Shown: positions 1 to 9,251, counted from the stretch's first letter. The stretch: DNA of 64,000 nt from an uncultured Anaerolineae bacterium (GCA_964550855.1 CAZKBQ010000018.1:3841-67840); one strand, 5' to 3'. Notes: generated by a model not told the origin, from the sequence alone. Numbers and translations are program-made.

Positions 1-3000
1 CAGGGTCAGCGAACTGGAGCGCGGCGAATACAGCTGCGCGTACCATGCGCCCAGCGAGTAGCACTCAGCCGCGCGGTTGAGATACTGCTTGGCCTCCTCA
101 TCGTGAGCCACCAGATGCTGACGATGTTCACGCTGCTCGTCGCCCGGATGTTCCTCGCCGATTTCTTTGGTGCGCTTCATGAATTGTTCCAGCGCCAGAT
201 AGCCGCGCAGGCCGTACATCTTGCTGAGCTGAGCAAAGATCAGCAGATTGTCACGTTCCGCCGGCCTGGGGGCATAACCTTCGGGCAAATTGTCTTTATC
301 GATGGGGCGGATCAAATAGGGTCGTTTGGTTTCGATGCCATCCTGTTCGATTTCTTCTTCTATTTCCCTCAGGACTGTTTCAGCCTCTTGATATTTACCA
401 GCATAGAAGTGCGTCAGCCCGATGTTGACGCGCGCATCCATTTCCAGCCGTTTCAGTCTGAGTTGTTTGGCTTCATTGGCGGCTTCCGTCAGATAGTACA
501 AGGCGTCGCGGTAACGGGTCGGCCAGCGCGGCGAGCGACCTTCACCACTGGCCGCGCGAATGCGATCGCGGTGCAGGCAACCCAGCTCGATGCGGGCTTC
601 GATACGGCGGGCTGGCTCGTTCAGGTCGATGCGGCCCGGTTCGGGATGATCGGGGTTGAGGGGCAGGAACAAGCCGTGCGCCTCGGTGAGCAGTTCTTCG
701 GCCACGCTATAGAGCTGCTCGGCTTCGGTCACCGAGGCTTCCTGGTAACGGCTGCGATTGGCCAGGCGGCGCAGAGCTTCGCCCAGTTGGAGCAGTGCCA
801 GCCCCAACCCGCGCGGTTCTTCGGCACGGCGGAAGTAGGCCACGGCCAGCGCCGCTTCTTTCCAGGCATCTTCCGGTTCATTGCGGTCATTGAAGATCAG
901 CGCCAGGGTATTGTGACTGTAGGCAATGGCGACCTCTTCGCCCAGCTGCTTGCGGATCTCCAACCCGTCCCGGCAGACGCGCACCGCGCGCATGCGCCCC
1001 ATATCCGACAGCAACCGCGACTGGTTGTTCAGCACGTTGGCCCGGAACGCCAGCATGCCGACTTCGCGGATGTAGTACAAAGCCCGGCCATAGTAGTCGA
1101 GTGCCTTGCGGAATTGACCCAGATTAACGCAGCCGTATCCCATGGCGTTGTAAATAAAGGAAATAACGCGTCGCATCAGCCGATAAGCCGGGTGGTGTGA
1201 TGCGGTCCCCTGCATACCATTGCCTGGCACACCGCAAAAACCTTTTTCATCGACACCGACCTTTGATTCTGCAGCAGGAACGACTATCTCAGATTCCGTC
1301 TTGCGGGTAAATTCAACAAGGACATCTACCGTTTGTTTCAACTCGGACACCGCTTCTTCCACATTATCGGCCATTAAGATTCGTGCATAGCTACGCCAAC
1401 AAGTCCGCTGACCACGCGCAAATGTATGATTCCAACTCCTCCAATCTTTCTTGTCTTGTTGGTTACCGAATTGCAGTGATTCAGCGGCACGATCAATGTT
1501 GTCCGCGAAGTCGATGGCGCGTTGATAGTCTTTGCGGAAGACAAAGCGCATCACCCAGCGTACAGCGTCATCGTGTTGAACAGCCCGCCGCAGCACTTGC
1601 AATAATGTCTCGCCGCGGTCAAAGACCACCTGACGAGGTTTAAAGTCAACAAAACGCAGGGCATCTTCATCATGCAGCATGCGCCAGAGCTCGGCCTGGA
1701 TGAGAATTTCATAGTCCTCGTCTTCAGCCGCAATGAATCGTCGCCGTGAAGCTAGTTCAAAGAAATCTTCGTTAAAACCCTTCTCTGGATCGAGCAGTAA
1801 GCCATAATACATGGCTTCAAGATCGAGTTCTCGAATAGCCTCTTGAATCTTATTGCGGTGTTCTCGTTCCCGGTCGCCCAGCGGCGGAAATGTCAGGCGA
1901 CGCGCCTCTGTTGGTGCGAACAGTCTCAGGCTGCGCTCATCGCTTTCCTGGTATTCGCGGCGTTGCTGTTGCAGTTTATCTCGCTGGAAAATGGCCCACT
2001 TTTGCAGTTGCGTGTACAAGGTGCGGCGGGCGGCCTGCTCATCGCGGCGATTCTGCTCGTAACGCGCGCGGTCGGCCTCCAGCCGTTCTCGAATCCGAGC
2101 CAGGCGCGTGTTCGGTTCCGGGTCCGGATACAAGGGCGACATATGCTCGGCGAACAGGCGGTAAATGTCATCCTGCAAGCCGTGCCGCACGGCGCCCGGT
2201 TGGGGCTCTGTCGTGTCCGCTTCGTCAAAGCGCCACCACGTGGGCCGTGAACGGACCAAAAACAACCCGGCCATCTGCTGCAGCTGTTCATCGATCTGAT
2301 TGACGCGCTGCGGGTTGGCCTTCCACTCCTCGGGTGACAACCCTTTCAGGTTATCCAGCACAAAGTGCAACTGCGCAGCCGAGAGACCGCGCCGCGCCCG
2401 TACCAGCGCCAGCAAGATGCGATAGCGCAGATCGGCGACATTACGGGAATCGAACAACAGGTTGATGAAGTGCTCTTCAACTTGCCATTGCGCCCACTCC
2501 AGCGCCGGGGTGGTGTTTGCGGTCGAGTCTGTGCCAACTTCATTGACGACACGCTTCCACGACCACTGCAGCTGCTCGGGCACATGCCGACCCTCGGCCA
2601 CCAATTGGGCGTACAGCGCCAGACGAACGGGCACGCCGCCTGTGTATAACCACACGACCTTGGAGCGTTCTTCATTGTCGGCCAGATATTGAATATCCTT
2701 GGCCAGCCGCGCGGCTTCCGGCTGGGGGCGTTGCGCCAATTCGGCAGCCAGCACACGGAAGTATTCGCGTGTCTCATCGGCGGTGAATGGTTCGGCCCAC
2801 ACTTCCTTGACGACGGTCCCGACTGCGGCTTCGCCATAGGCGTCCTTGACCGCCGTCTTTAGCTCGTCAAAGAAGCGCCGTCCGCCCCGGCCGCGCCCGG
2901 CGCAGATCAAAGTCGTATTGGGCAACTTTTGCGCCGCGATCTGGCGTTTGAGCCATTCCAATGTGCGCGTCTGCATGTCATCCGGGGTCAGCACGCCTTT

Positions 3001-3561
3001 GTCAAGCAGCCACTCCGAGCTGAGGATCGCCAGTTGTTCAGTGGTGTCCAGCAGCCACACCAGTCGCCGCTCCCCGGCTGTCTTCTCGTAATCAGTCAGG
3101 AATGCGCGTTCGGCGCGTTCGGCGGCTTCGCGCACCAGCCGATATTCCATGCCTTGACCGAGCTGGCGCTGATAATTCTTATAGGCGTCTTCGAAGGCAG
3201 GGAAGTGCACCTCGGCGTGATAGCTCTCGCTAAGCGCGCGCACAAAGTGGCTCTGAGCGTGCAGGTGGATGTCGATCAAATCGATCGGCTCAGTAACCGC
3301 CACCGGCCGATCGGCCCGCCGCTGCCAACGACTCTGCGGGTCGCTCAGCAGCCGATGAATCTCCTCGATCAAGCGGGTCTTGCCGTAACCGCCTTCCGGC
3401 TCGCCGCGTTCGGCCGCTTCATGCGGGCCGCGGATGAAGACTAATCGAAAGTCCGTGCCGGCCGCAAAGATCGCCTCTTGAATCTGGGCCAGCTCCGGCT
3501 CACGTCCGATCAGCTGCGAGGTCTTGTGCGCGGCGATCAAACCGGTGATGGTCTCGTCCAT
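1..3561 (-). CDS. STAND-type P-loop NTPase with long helical linker and C-terminal TPR repeats (partial; 3' end beyond window start; absent from ORF track)
   Basis: Hand translation of the minus strand from ATG 3561 (GGAGGAG SD directly upstream) stays open to position 1, giving 1187 codons. N-terminus MDETITGLIAAHKTSQLIGREPELAQIQ. Walker A-like GEPEGGYGKTRL and Walker B RLVWLLDTTE. TPR-like helices near the end (NAMGYGCVNLGQFRKALDYYGRALYY, LALLQLGEALRRLA). The + ORF 103..1200 is its antisense shadow. Confidence 0.75.
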   Translation of the reverse strand, partial: MDETITGLIAAHKTSQLIGREPELAQIQEAIFAAGTDFRLVFIRGPHEAAERGEPEGGYGKTRLIEEIHRLLSDPQSRWQRRADRPVAVTEPIDLIDIHLHAQSHFVRALSESYHAEVHFPAFEDAYKNYQRQLGQGMEYRLVREAAERAERAFLTDYEKTAGERRLVWLLDTTEQLAILSSEWLLDKGVLTPDDMQTRTLEWLKRQIAAQKLPNTTLICAGRGRGGRRFFDELKTAVKDAYGEAAVGTVVKEVWAEPFTADETREYFRVLAAELAQRPQPEAARLAKDIQYLADNEERSKVVWLYTGGVPVRLALYAQLVAEGRHVPEQLQWSWKRVVNEVGTDSTANTTPALEWAQWQVEEHFINLLFDSRNVADLRYRILLALVRARRGLSAAQLHFVLDNLKGLSPEEWKANPQRVNQIDEQLQQMAGLFLVRSRPTWWRFDEADTTEPQPGAVRHGLQDDIYRLFAEHMSPLYPDPEPNTRLARIRERLEADRARYEQNRRDEQAARRTLYTQLQKWAIFQRDKLQQQRREYQESDERSLRLFAPTEARRLTFPPLGDREREHRNKIQEAIRELDLEAMYYGLLLDPEKGFNEDFFELASRRRFIAAEDEDYEILIQAELWRMLHDEDALRFVDFKPRQVVFDRGETLLQVLRRAVQHDDAVRWVMRFVFRKDYQRAIDFADNIDRAAESLQFGNQQDKKDWRSWNHTFARGQRTCWRSYARILMADNVEEAVSELKQTVDVLVEFTRKTESEIVVPAAESKVGVDEKGFCGVPGNGMQGTASHHPAYRLMRRVISFIYNAMGYGCVNLGQFRKALDYYGRALYYIREVGMLAFRANVLNNQSRLLSDMGRMRAVRVCRDGLEIRKQLGEEVAIAYSHNTLALIFNDRNEPEDAWKEAALAVAYFRRAEEPRGLGLALLQLGEALRRLANRSRYQEASVTEAEQLYSVAEELLTEAHGLFLPLNPDHPEPGRIDLNEPARRIEARIELGCLHRDRIRAASGEGRSPRWPTRYRDALYYLTEAANEAKQLRLKRLEMDARVNIGLTHFYAGKYQEAETVLREIEEEIEQDGIETKRPYLIRPIDKDNLPEGYAPRPAERDNLLIFAQLSKMYGLRGYLALEQFMKRTKEIGEEHPGDEQREHRQHLVAHDEEAKQYLNRAAECYSLGAWYAQLYSPRSSSLTL

Positions 3562-3572
3562 GATTCTCCTCC

Positions 3573-4664
3573 TCAGGGCAGCTGCGCCCAGGCTTTCGCC
3601 ATCTCGCGCAGCCCGGGAGTGATGTAGTAGCGAGCGGTCTTTTCACGGTGCGCCACGATGCCGCGCTCAAACAGGGCCTTCAGGCGCGGATCATCAATCG
3701 GGACGACGAGGCTTTGGAACAGATCGCGCTCAGTCCAATCTGAATCAAACTGGCTCGCGAGAGCGACCAGCAGCTGGAACTGCGCATCGGATAGCAGCGA
3801 CGTCAAACCGCCGGCGGCGACAGCGACAGTGACCGCCAACAGGCACTCTTTGACAATCTCTTTGGTGATAAGCGGCTGCACGCCCAGTTGATGGTGTTGA
3901 ACCGCGCGTTTCAGCAGATGGGTATTGAGGCCGGGGTGATTCCACTGATAAGGCCTCAGTTGATCGGTCAGTTTCAGATCGGTCAACAGCTGCGCGGTGA
4001 CGTCCGGCTGCTGTGGTGCGAGCACCGACCAGTTTTCCAGTCGTTTCTGCAGCTGCTGCTCTGGCTCGTCGCCTTTCAATTCCTCCAGCATCAGGCGACG
4101 CTCGTTCCAGGCCAGGTCGTTGGATTGCAAAGCGTATTCGTCGCGACGGAAGATCACCACGCGGGTGCAGCTGCGTCGCGCGAAGACGGCCAGCAGGCCC
4201 TCCTCGATTTCCAGCCGGAGCAGATCGTCAACTTCCTCAAAGCTATCGACGATCAAGAGCGGCGTCAGGTCGGCGCAGTCCCGGCATAGGTCCGCCGCCA
4301 GCGCATCCAGCATCGAGTCAACGGGCACCGTGGCATCGTAGGCGTGCACCTTTGCGCCGCACGGATGAGCGCAGGCGGCCGTGACGGCCTTCGCCACCCA
4401 CTGTTTTCGGCCCTCGCCATCAGCGACGTCCGGTTCATCGCCGCGAATTTCGGGGGTGCGCGTCAGATTGATCCAGAAGACCAGGCGGCCGAGTTGACGC
4501 GCGTGATCGCGGAAGCGGTGGGCGAGGTAGGACTTGCCCATCCCCGGCGGCCCCAGTACGGAGAGCACCCGTTGATCCGGTTCCGGGTCGTCAATCCATG
4601 CCTGAAGTTGATCAAGAATTGCCTGCCGGCCAACAAATAACTCGGGGATAAAGGGTTCAGGCAT
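3573..4664 (-). CDS. Compact STAND/NB-ARC-like P-loop NTPase (NBD + helical + winged-helix, no sensor repeats)
   Basis: ORF track 3573..4727. I prefer ATG 4664 (MPEPFIPELFVGRQAILDQL) because GGAGGAAG lies 5 nt upstream; 4727 is a TTG. Walker A GPPGMGKS, Walker B PLLIVDSFEE. The stop is 11 nt from the next gene start. Confidence 0.75.
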   Translation of the reverse strand: MPEPFIPELFVGRQAILDQLQAWIDDPEPDQRVLSVLGPPGMGKSYLAHRFRDHARQLGRLVFWINLTRTPEIRGDEPDVADGEGRKQWVAKAVTAACAHPCGAKVHAYDATVPVDSMLDALAADLCRDCADLTPLLIVDSFEEVDDLLRLEIEEGLLAVFARRSCTRVVIFRRDEYALQSNDLAWNERRLMLEELKGDEPEQQLQKRLENWSVLAPQQPDVTAQLLTDLKLTDQLRPYQWNHPGLNTHLLKRAVQHHQLGVQPLITKEIVKECLLAVTVAVAAGGLTSLLSDAQFQLLVALASQFDSDWTERDLFQSLVVPIDDPRLKALFERGIVAHREKTARYYITPGLREMAKAWAQLP

Positions 4665-4723
4665 TCGCTTCCTCCGGGGCGGCGCGGCTGCGCCACAAGA
4701 AATGAGCCGCGCGGCCCGGTCGC

Positions 4724-6076
4724 TCAAAGCGCTTCGAATCTCGGGGGCGGCGGCGGCTCGTGCGTCCAGTCCGTCCGCATGCGGCTCCAGTCGTCAAGCG
4801 AGATAAATCGATCGAGGGGATCGCGGAGCGCATGGGCGTCAATCAGCGCATGGATCAAATGCAGGTAACGTCGCGGTGAACCATTGGCAGCTTTGGCCAG
4901 CGCCTGGTCCAGACTATCTGGCAGGTCATCGGCGGCCAGATCGTCCCATCTTACTCGTCGGGAGCCGGCGGCGCGAAAACGGGCAGCCAGCAGACGTTGA
5001 AAGTCAGCCGATTGCCACTCACCCATTATGAAACTATTCGGATAATTAGTCAACCGGTTGGCTAACTCGAGCGGCAGAAAAAACTTAAACCAGACGCGGA
5101 GTTTCTCAAAGGCCGGCAGTTCGTCGAGTAGCGGCTGCAGCAGCGCCAGCATGAAATCCGGGGAGCGGCTGGTGTTCGCATCCACGCCATCCACCATTAC
5201 CAGACATCGCTCAAAGGCCCAAGTCTCCAAGGCCGCGAAACTGTCGCTCAAGGGGTCTTCGGCCACCGCTACTTCAGTCATTTTCCGGCGGGCCTGTCGA
5301 AGCAGCGTCAACAACGCCTCAGAAGCCACAACGCGCCTGATGACGGGCCGGCGCACCATCGACCAGTGCGCGCTCAATCCGTAAACCGACGCGGGCTCCG
5401 GTTGATCCAGCACGCGCTTTATAAGATTTTGAACGGGCAGGCCGCCGATGACAAGCTGCTTGGCCAGCGCCGTAATTTGATCGTTGTCGGGCGGTGGATC
5501 GAGGGGGTTGAAGCGCTCGATGATCTGCACCGTCAGATCGATCGCCATCGCCTGCGCCAGCCGCTGCCGATGCTCGGCTGGTGTCGGCGCCTGCCGGAAA
5601 TTTTCTTCCAACACGTATGAGGCGACCAGTACCCGCTCTGCACTGCGACGGCAGTCGGCTTCCAGCGCCAGCCGTAGCATGGTCTTGCCATCGCCGGGCC
5701 GGCCAAACACGAACGCCGTCTCGGGCTGACGCAGGACGGTGCGCGGCTCATCGACATCGATGGGCAAAAGGCCGGTCAAAGGGGGAGAAACAAAAAAATC
5801 GTAGAAGTAAGGTGGACGGGCGGCAGCCATTGCATCGGCTGCATTCATCTGCTCAGCTGATCGTCGTAATTCCAATTCGGCGACTGGCGTGTCAAACACG
5901 TCCAGCCATCTGAGACCAATGGTCTCGAGATAACGATCACGCGGCGGACGCTTGTCCGCCTCCCCGCCAAGCATATCAATATGGCCTCGACGCCGCGCCG
6001 AGCGAGGCTCGGGCGGCGGTGAATTTCGCCGGCCTGGGTTCGCATGAATGATGACAGGAAGATGGCGGAAAAACAC
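4724..6076 (-). CDS. AAA+-like P-loop NTPase, paralogue of the two genes upstream (start uncertain)
   Basis: ORF track 450 aa. Walker A FGRPGDGKT, Walker B CLVMVDGVD, lid/sensor-2-like ANGSPRRYLHLIHAL. No convincing SD at 6076 (GTG) or at the internal ATG 5974. Confidence 0.7.
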   Translation of the reverse strand: MFFRHLPVIIHANPGRRNSPPPEPRSARRRGHIDMLGGEADKRPPRDRYLETIGLRWLDVFDTPVAELELRRSAEQMNAADAMAAARPPYFYDFFVSPPLTGLLPIDVDEPRTVLRQPETAFVFGRPGDGKTMLRLALEADCRRSAERVLVASYVLEENFRQAPTPAEHRQRLAQAMAIDLTVQIIERFNPLDPPPDNDQITALAKQLVIGGLPVQNLIKRVLDQPEPASVYGLSAHWSMVRRPVIRRVVASEALLTLLRQARRKMTEVAVAEDPLSDSFAALETWAFERCLVMVDGVDANTSRSPDFMLALLQPLLDELPAFEKLRVWFKFFLPLELANRLTNYPNSFIMGEWQSADFQRLLAARFRAAGSRRVRWDDLAADDLPDSLDQALAKAANGSPRRYLHLIHALIDAHALRDPLDRFISLDDWSRMRTDWTHEPPPPPRFEAL

Positions 6077-6156
6077 CCAATCGGCGATGTAATTACAGCT
6101 TACTGATAGTCTCTGGCGGATTCAAGCGGGAGGCCTTCTGAAACCTGACATGAACC

Positions 6157-7506
6157 TTACACGTCGCTCTTGCCCGCTCGAACGACATTGTCCAGCCAGT
6201 AGCCGCCCTCGCCGCGATCGCTGATCAGGTAGATCGGGTGCGAAGGGTCTGGCTCAATGGCCTGTCGCAACCGCCGCGCCAGCGTGTGCAGCAGGCTCTT
6301 GGGGTTGGTGGCCCCACCCTGCACCGCTCGCCAGCCAGGTGAGTCGATATTGACCGGATCGTGACTATGCCATATCAGCTCCAGCAGTTTCAGTGGCTGC
6401 GGATCGATCGGGATGAAGCGCGGGCCGCGCCACACCCCGCGCTCGGTAATCAGCTCCAGCGGAAAATGCCGGGCGCACAGATCTCGCCACAGCCGATCGG
6501 CCGAGTCGGCTCCCAAGGGCCAGCTTGCGGGATCATCACCGCCGCAATGAAGCAAGGTCTCGGTCAGCCACACCCACCCTTGCGGCGAAACCTCGCCATA
6601 CTCCGCCGCCAGACGTTCGCCTAGCTCCTTCAGTGCGTCGGGCGTTATCAGTTGATCGAGCCGAATTGATTGATCATTCAAGGCTACGCGCAGGCACTTC
6701 TCGGCCATTTCCCACACCCGATCGAGCTTCCAATCCAATCGGGCGAAGTTAGCCCGGCCACGTGCGCGCGTGATGAGATCGACTTCTTCAGCAGCCTCGC
6801 GGGGCACAGCCGCCATCATGGCCAGGCCGGGCTGCTGCATCAGCTCCAGCCAACTGAACAGATCACCCAGAGCCGAAAGCCGCGTTTGCGCCTCGCGGCT
6901 ATTGACATCTACTGATAGAGCGATACGCTGAAACCCCAACCGTTTGATAAGGTTCACGGCTTCGTCAATCTGACCGACCACTTCAAGCGGTTGGGTGGTA
7001 CTGGCGTAGAGCTGCTCGTAAGTCACAGCCTGTAGCGAACGCGCGACTTCGTCGGGCAGGCCGTCGGCCCAGCGATCGAACGCGCGCCGTCCCAGGTAGT
7101 CATTCATCATCCAGCGCAGCACCGTGCGCTGGCCCACCGTCAACCTCGCGATTTCGGCCGGCGTGCTGCCCAGATAGTCGCGCAGGCGCAGCGCGATGGC
7201 GGCCATGATCTGCGCCAGATGATTGCCGTCTTTGACCAGTGCGTGCGACGCGCCCGGCCAGCGCGACGGCGGGTAGCGGACCACAAACGATCGGCCTTCG
7301 GCCAGTTCGTTCGCTTCCAGCGCGGCCAGCACGACTGATTTGCCGCTGCCCGGCCCACCCAGGATCACGCGCCAGTGCGACCAGCCGGCGGCCATGCGGG
7401 CAGCGGCAGGTTCGTGATAACACTGTTCCCACCAAAGCGCAGCTTCATCGGGCGGCAGCGCGCCGGGTGAGCGAAAGGGCCAGCTGGCGTAGGTGAGGTT
7501 AGGCAT
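6157..7506 (-). CDS. AAA+-like P-loop NTPase fused to a C-terminal OmpR/PhoB-type winged-helix DNA-binding domain
   Basis: Walker A LGGPGSGKS, Walker B RIALSVDVN. The C-terminal 85 aa resemble Trans_reg_C: RGVWRGPRFIPIDPQPLKLLELIW...LARRLRQAIEPDPSHPIYLISDRGEGGYWLD. Confidence 0.75.
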   Translation of the reverse strand: MPNLTYASWPFRSPGALPPDEAALWWEQCYHEPAAARMAAGWSHWRVILGGPGSGKSVVLAALEANELAEGRSFVVRYPPSRWPGASHALVKDGNHLAQIMAAIALRLRDYLGSTPAEIARLTVGQRTVLRWMMNDYLGRRAFDRWADGLPDEVARSLQAVTYEQLYASTTQPLEVVGQIDEAVNLIKRLGFQRIALSVDVNSREAQTRLSALGDLFSWLELMQQPGLAMMAAVPREAAEEVDLITRARGRANFARLDWKLDRVWEMAEKCLRVALNDQSIRLDQLITPDALKELGERLAAEYGEVSPQGWVWLTETLLHCGGDDPASWPLGADSADRLWRDLCARHFPLELITERGVWRGPRFIPIDPQPLKLLELIWHSHDPVNIDSPGWRAVQGGATNPKSLLHTLARRLRQAIEPDPSHPIYLISDRGEGGYWLDNVVRAGKSDV

Positions 7507-7525
7507 GGGTCAATCAAGCCGACGG

Positions 7526-9064
7526 CTACGATGAAGCAGTGGCGCACACTCTCTCGACGGACGCGGCGTCAAAGATGGCGTTATTGCCACAGATATGTTC
7601 AAGCATACGCCACCGCTCCATGAAGCGGCGCGGAGTGTTGTTGTTGACCGCTAACAAATGCTGGAAAGCCTCAGGCGGATCAAATCGGCTCTCAATCTGC
7701 GCGCGAGTGGGACCGAACGCGCTCTGGTAGCGATGATTGACCATCTCGCGCAAGTAGGCGGGCGTCCACTCCAGCGCCAGCGGCGAATAAGGTGTTTCCA
7801 GATTTTCAATGACCGTCTGCGGCGCGAAGAGCAAAGTGACAAGGCCGTTATCCCGCCAGCGCTCAAAACGGGCGAATAGCTCAGAGTTGAGTCGAGTCGG
7901 ATCAGTATCGGCGCTATCGATGACCAGTCGCACGCCTTCAAAGCCCAGCCGCCGCGCCAGCGCGCTCACCACGCGCGGCCAGTTGGTCCGTATGGCAGCT
8001 TTGGAATCAGCATCCACTATATACTGCACCAACTGGCGAATGAATGCCTGGCCTGGCTCACTGCCCGGCGCAGGATCAACCTGTGCATTTCTAAGATCGT
8101 CCAGCGCAGACTGTTTATCCAAGCCCGTACACAACAGCTCGGCCAAGAGCTTATAGTCAGCAGTGGTCAAGAGCATCAATCGAGCCGGCAGGTAACGAAT
8201 CACATCCATTAACCGGCCGGCATAGCCTTCCAGAAGCCGCGCGTCATCGGGCAGCCCGGCCGCATAGAATGCGAGTTGCAAGCCGGTCACATACTTGCCC
8301 AGCGCCAACCCCAGGGCGGTGCGGCCACTGCCTTCTTCGCCGTGGACCAACTGAAAAGTCTGTGCTTGACTCAAGGTGCCAAACAAAGGATGTCCCGACC
8401 AAAAAGCAGCTCGGCGGCCCAGGGTGCTTCGCCCGAACAAGGCCGCCAGTTCAGCGGGATTGGAGGCGTCGCCGTGTTTGAAAGGCGCAAAGCGGGATGG
8501 CACTTTTAGTTGATGGATCGGCCATTTTAGAGGCTGGTCGCTCACCCAGTCTCGCGTAATGCTCTCAACCTTGACGAGCAACGCTTCATCTTTGACTTGA
8601 TACAATCTCAGATGCTTGTAAGCTTCGCGCAGTTGGCGAGATGAACAAATCTGCGGCCGCTTATACACAAACACAAAAGCCGCGGCTGCTTCAGCCGCCC
8701 AGTCTTCAGGAATTTGATCGAACAACTCGGCCAGATCAGCCCCGGCATCGGCCGTGAGGACACGATATAGCGCCTCTGCGGATTCGACGTGCTGCCACAA
8801 TTGCGGAAATGCCGCATGTTGTGCTTTCAGGGCTTGAAGTGCCTCATGGGCGCCGGCGACATCGCCTTTGTGCACCGCCCGCTTGAATTCCTCCAGCGCC
8901 TGCTGGGCCTCAGGCGGCAGGGCATTTTCTGTCGGCAGGTTGTAGATCACCTTGTTTCCTGCCACCTTATCCCCGCCAAACTTATCTCCGCCGAACTTGT
9001 CGCCGCCGACCTGATCGCCGACGATGGAGGTATTGCCGCCGGAAGTGGGATGATCCTCAGCCAT
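7526..9064 (-). CDS. AAA+-like P-loop NTPase with N-terminal GGDKF repeat and Walker A Lys-to-Arg variant; first gene of the operon
   Basis: ORF track 512 aa. N-terminus SIVGDQVGGDKFGGDKFGGDKVAGNKV. Walker A HGEEGSGRTALG (nt 8318-8341 encode GEEGSGRT). Walker B VRLVIDSAD. Lid motif NNNTPRRFMERW. A 19-nt gap separates it from the next gene. Confidence 0.75.
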   Translation of the reverse strand: MAEDHPTSGGNTSIVGDQVGGDKFGGDKFGGDKVAGNKVIYNLPTENALPPEAQQALEEFKRAVHKGDVAGAHEALQALKAQHAAFPQLWQHVESAEALYRVLTADAGADLAELFDQIPEDWAAEAAAAFVFVYKRPQICSSRQLREAYKHLRLYQVKDEALLVKVESITRDWVSDQPLKWPIHQLKVPSRFAPFKHGDASNPAELAALFGRSTLGRRAAFWSGHPLFGTLSQAQTFQLVHGEEGSGRTALGLALGKYVTGLQLAFYAAGLPDDARLLEGYAGRLMDVIRYLPARLMLLTTADYKLLAELLCTGLDKQSALDDLRNAQVDPAPGSEPGQAFIRQLVQYIVDADSKAAIRTNWPRVVSALARRLGFEGVRLVIDSADTDPTRLNSELFARFERWRDNGLVTLLFAPQTVIENLETPYSPLALEWTPAYLREMVNHRYQSAFGPTRAQIESRFDPPEAFQHLLAVNNNTPRRFMERWRMLEHICGNNAIFDAASVERVCATASS

Positions 9065-9109
9065 GACGAGCTCGCTTCGCCGGGTCTAATGAATGACGCT
9101 GATGAACGG

Positions 9110-9161
9110 TTTGAGGCCCTCAAATCAATCTGATTTTAGACGGAAGCGGGGAGAAGAGCAA
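9110..9161 (-). promoter_or_regulatory. Candidate sigma70-type promoter plus perfect palindrome in the leader of the five-NTPase operon
   Basis: On the minus strand: TTGCTC (9161-9156), N17, TAAAAT (9138-9133). Downstream is the palindrome TTTGAGG-C-CCTCAAA (9110-9124), about 46 nt before ATG 9064. Motif match only. Confidence 0.3.
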
Positions 9162-9221
9162 ACGCAGCCATGCTCGTGCGGGTATTCTCACCCTCTCCGT
9201 CCATGCTGCAGCCGGCCACCC

Positions 9222-9251
9222 TTGCCACGATCCCGGTCTTGCGACTATAAT
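9222..9251 (+). promoter_or_regulatory. Candidate sigma70-type promoter for the CPBP gene
   Basis: TTGCCA (9222-9227), N18, TATAAT (9246-9251). It lies about 185 nt upstream of the CPBP start. Motif match only. Confidence 0.3.

Noticed and set aside
103-1200. 365-aa plus-strand ORF, the longest listed ORF in the first 3.5 kb
   Set aside because: It lies antisense to an uninterrupted 1187-codon minus-strand frame that has Walker motifs and TPR-like helices. Its own translation is low-complexity (Phe/Gln/Ala/Gly-rich) with no motif. It is typical of a high-GC antisense shadow ORF.
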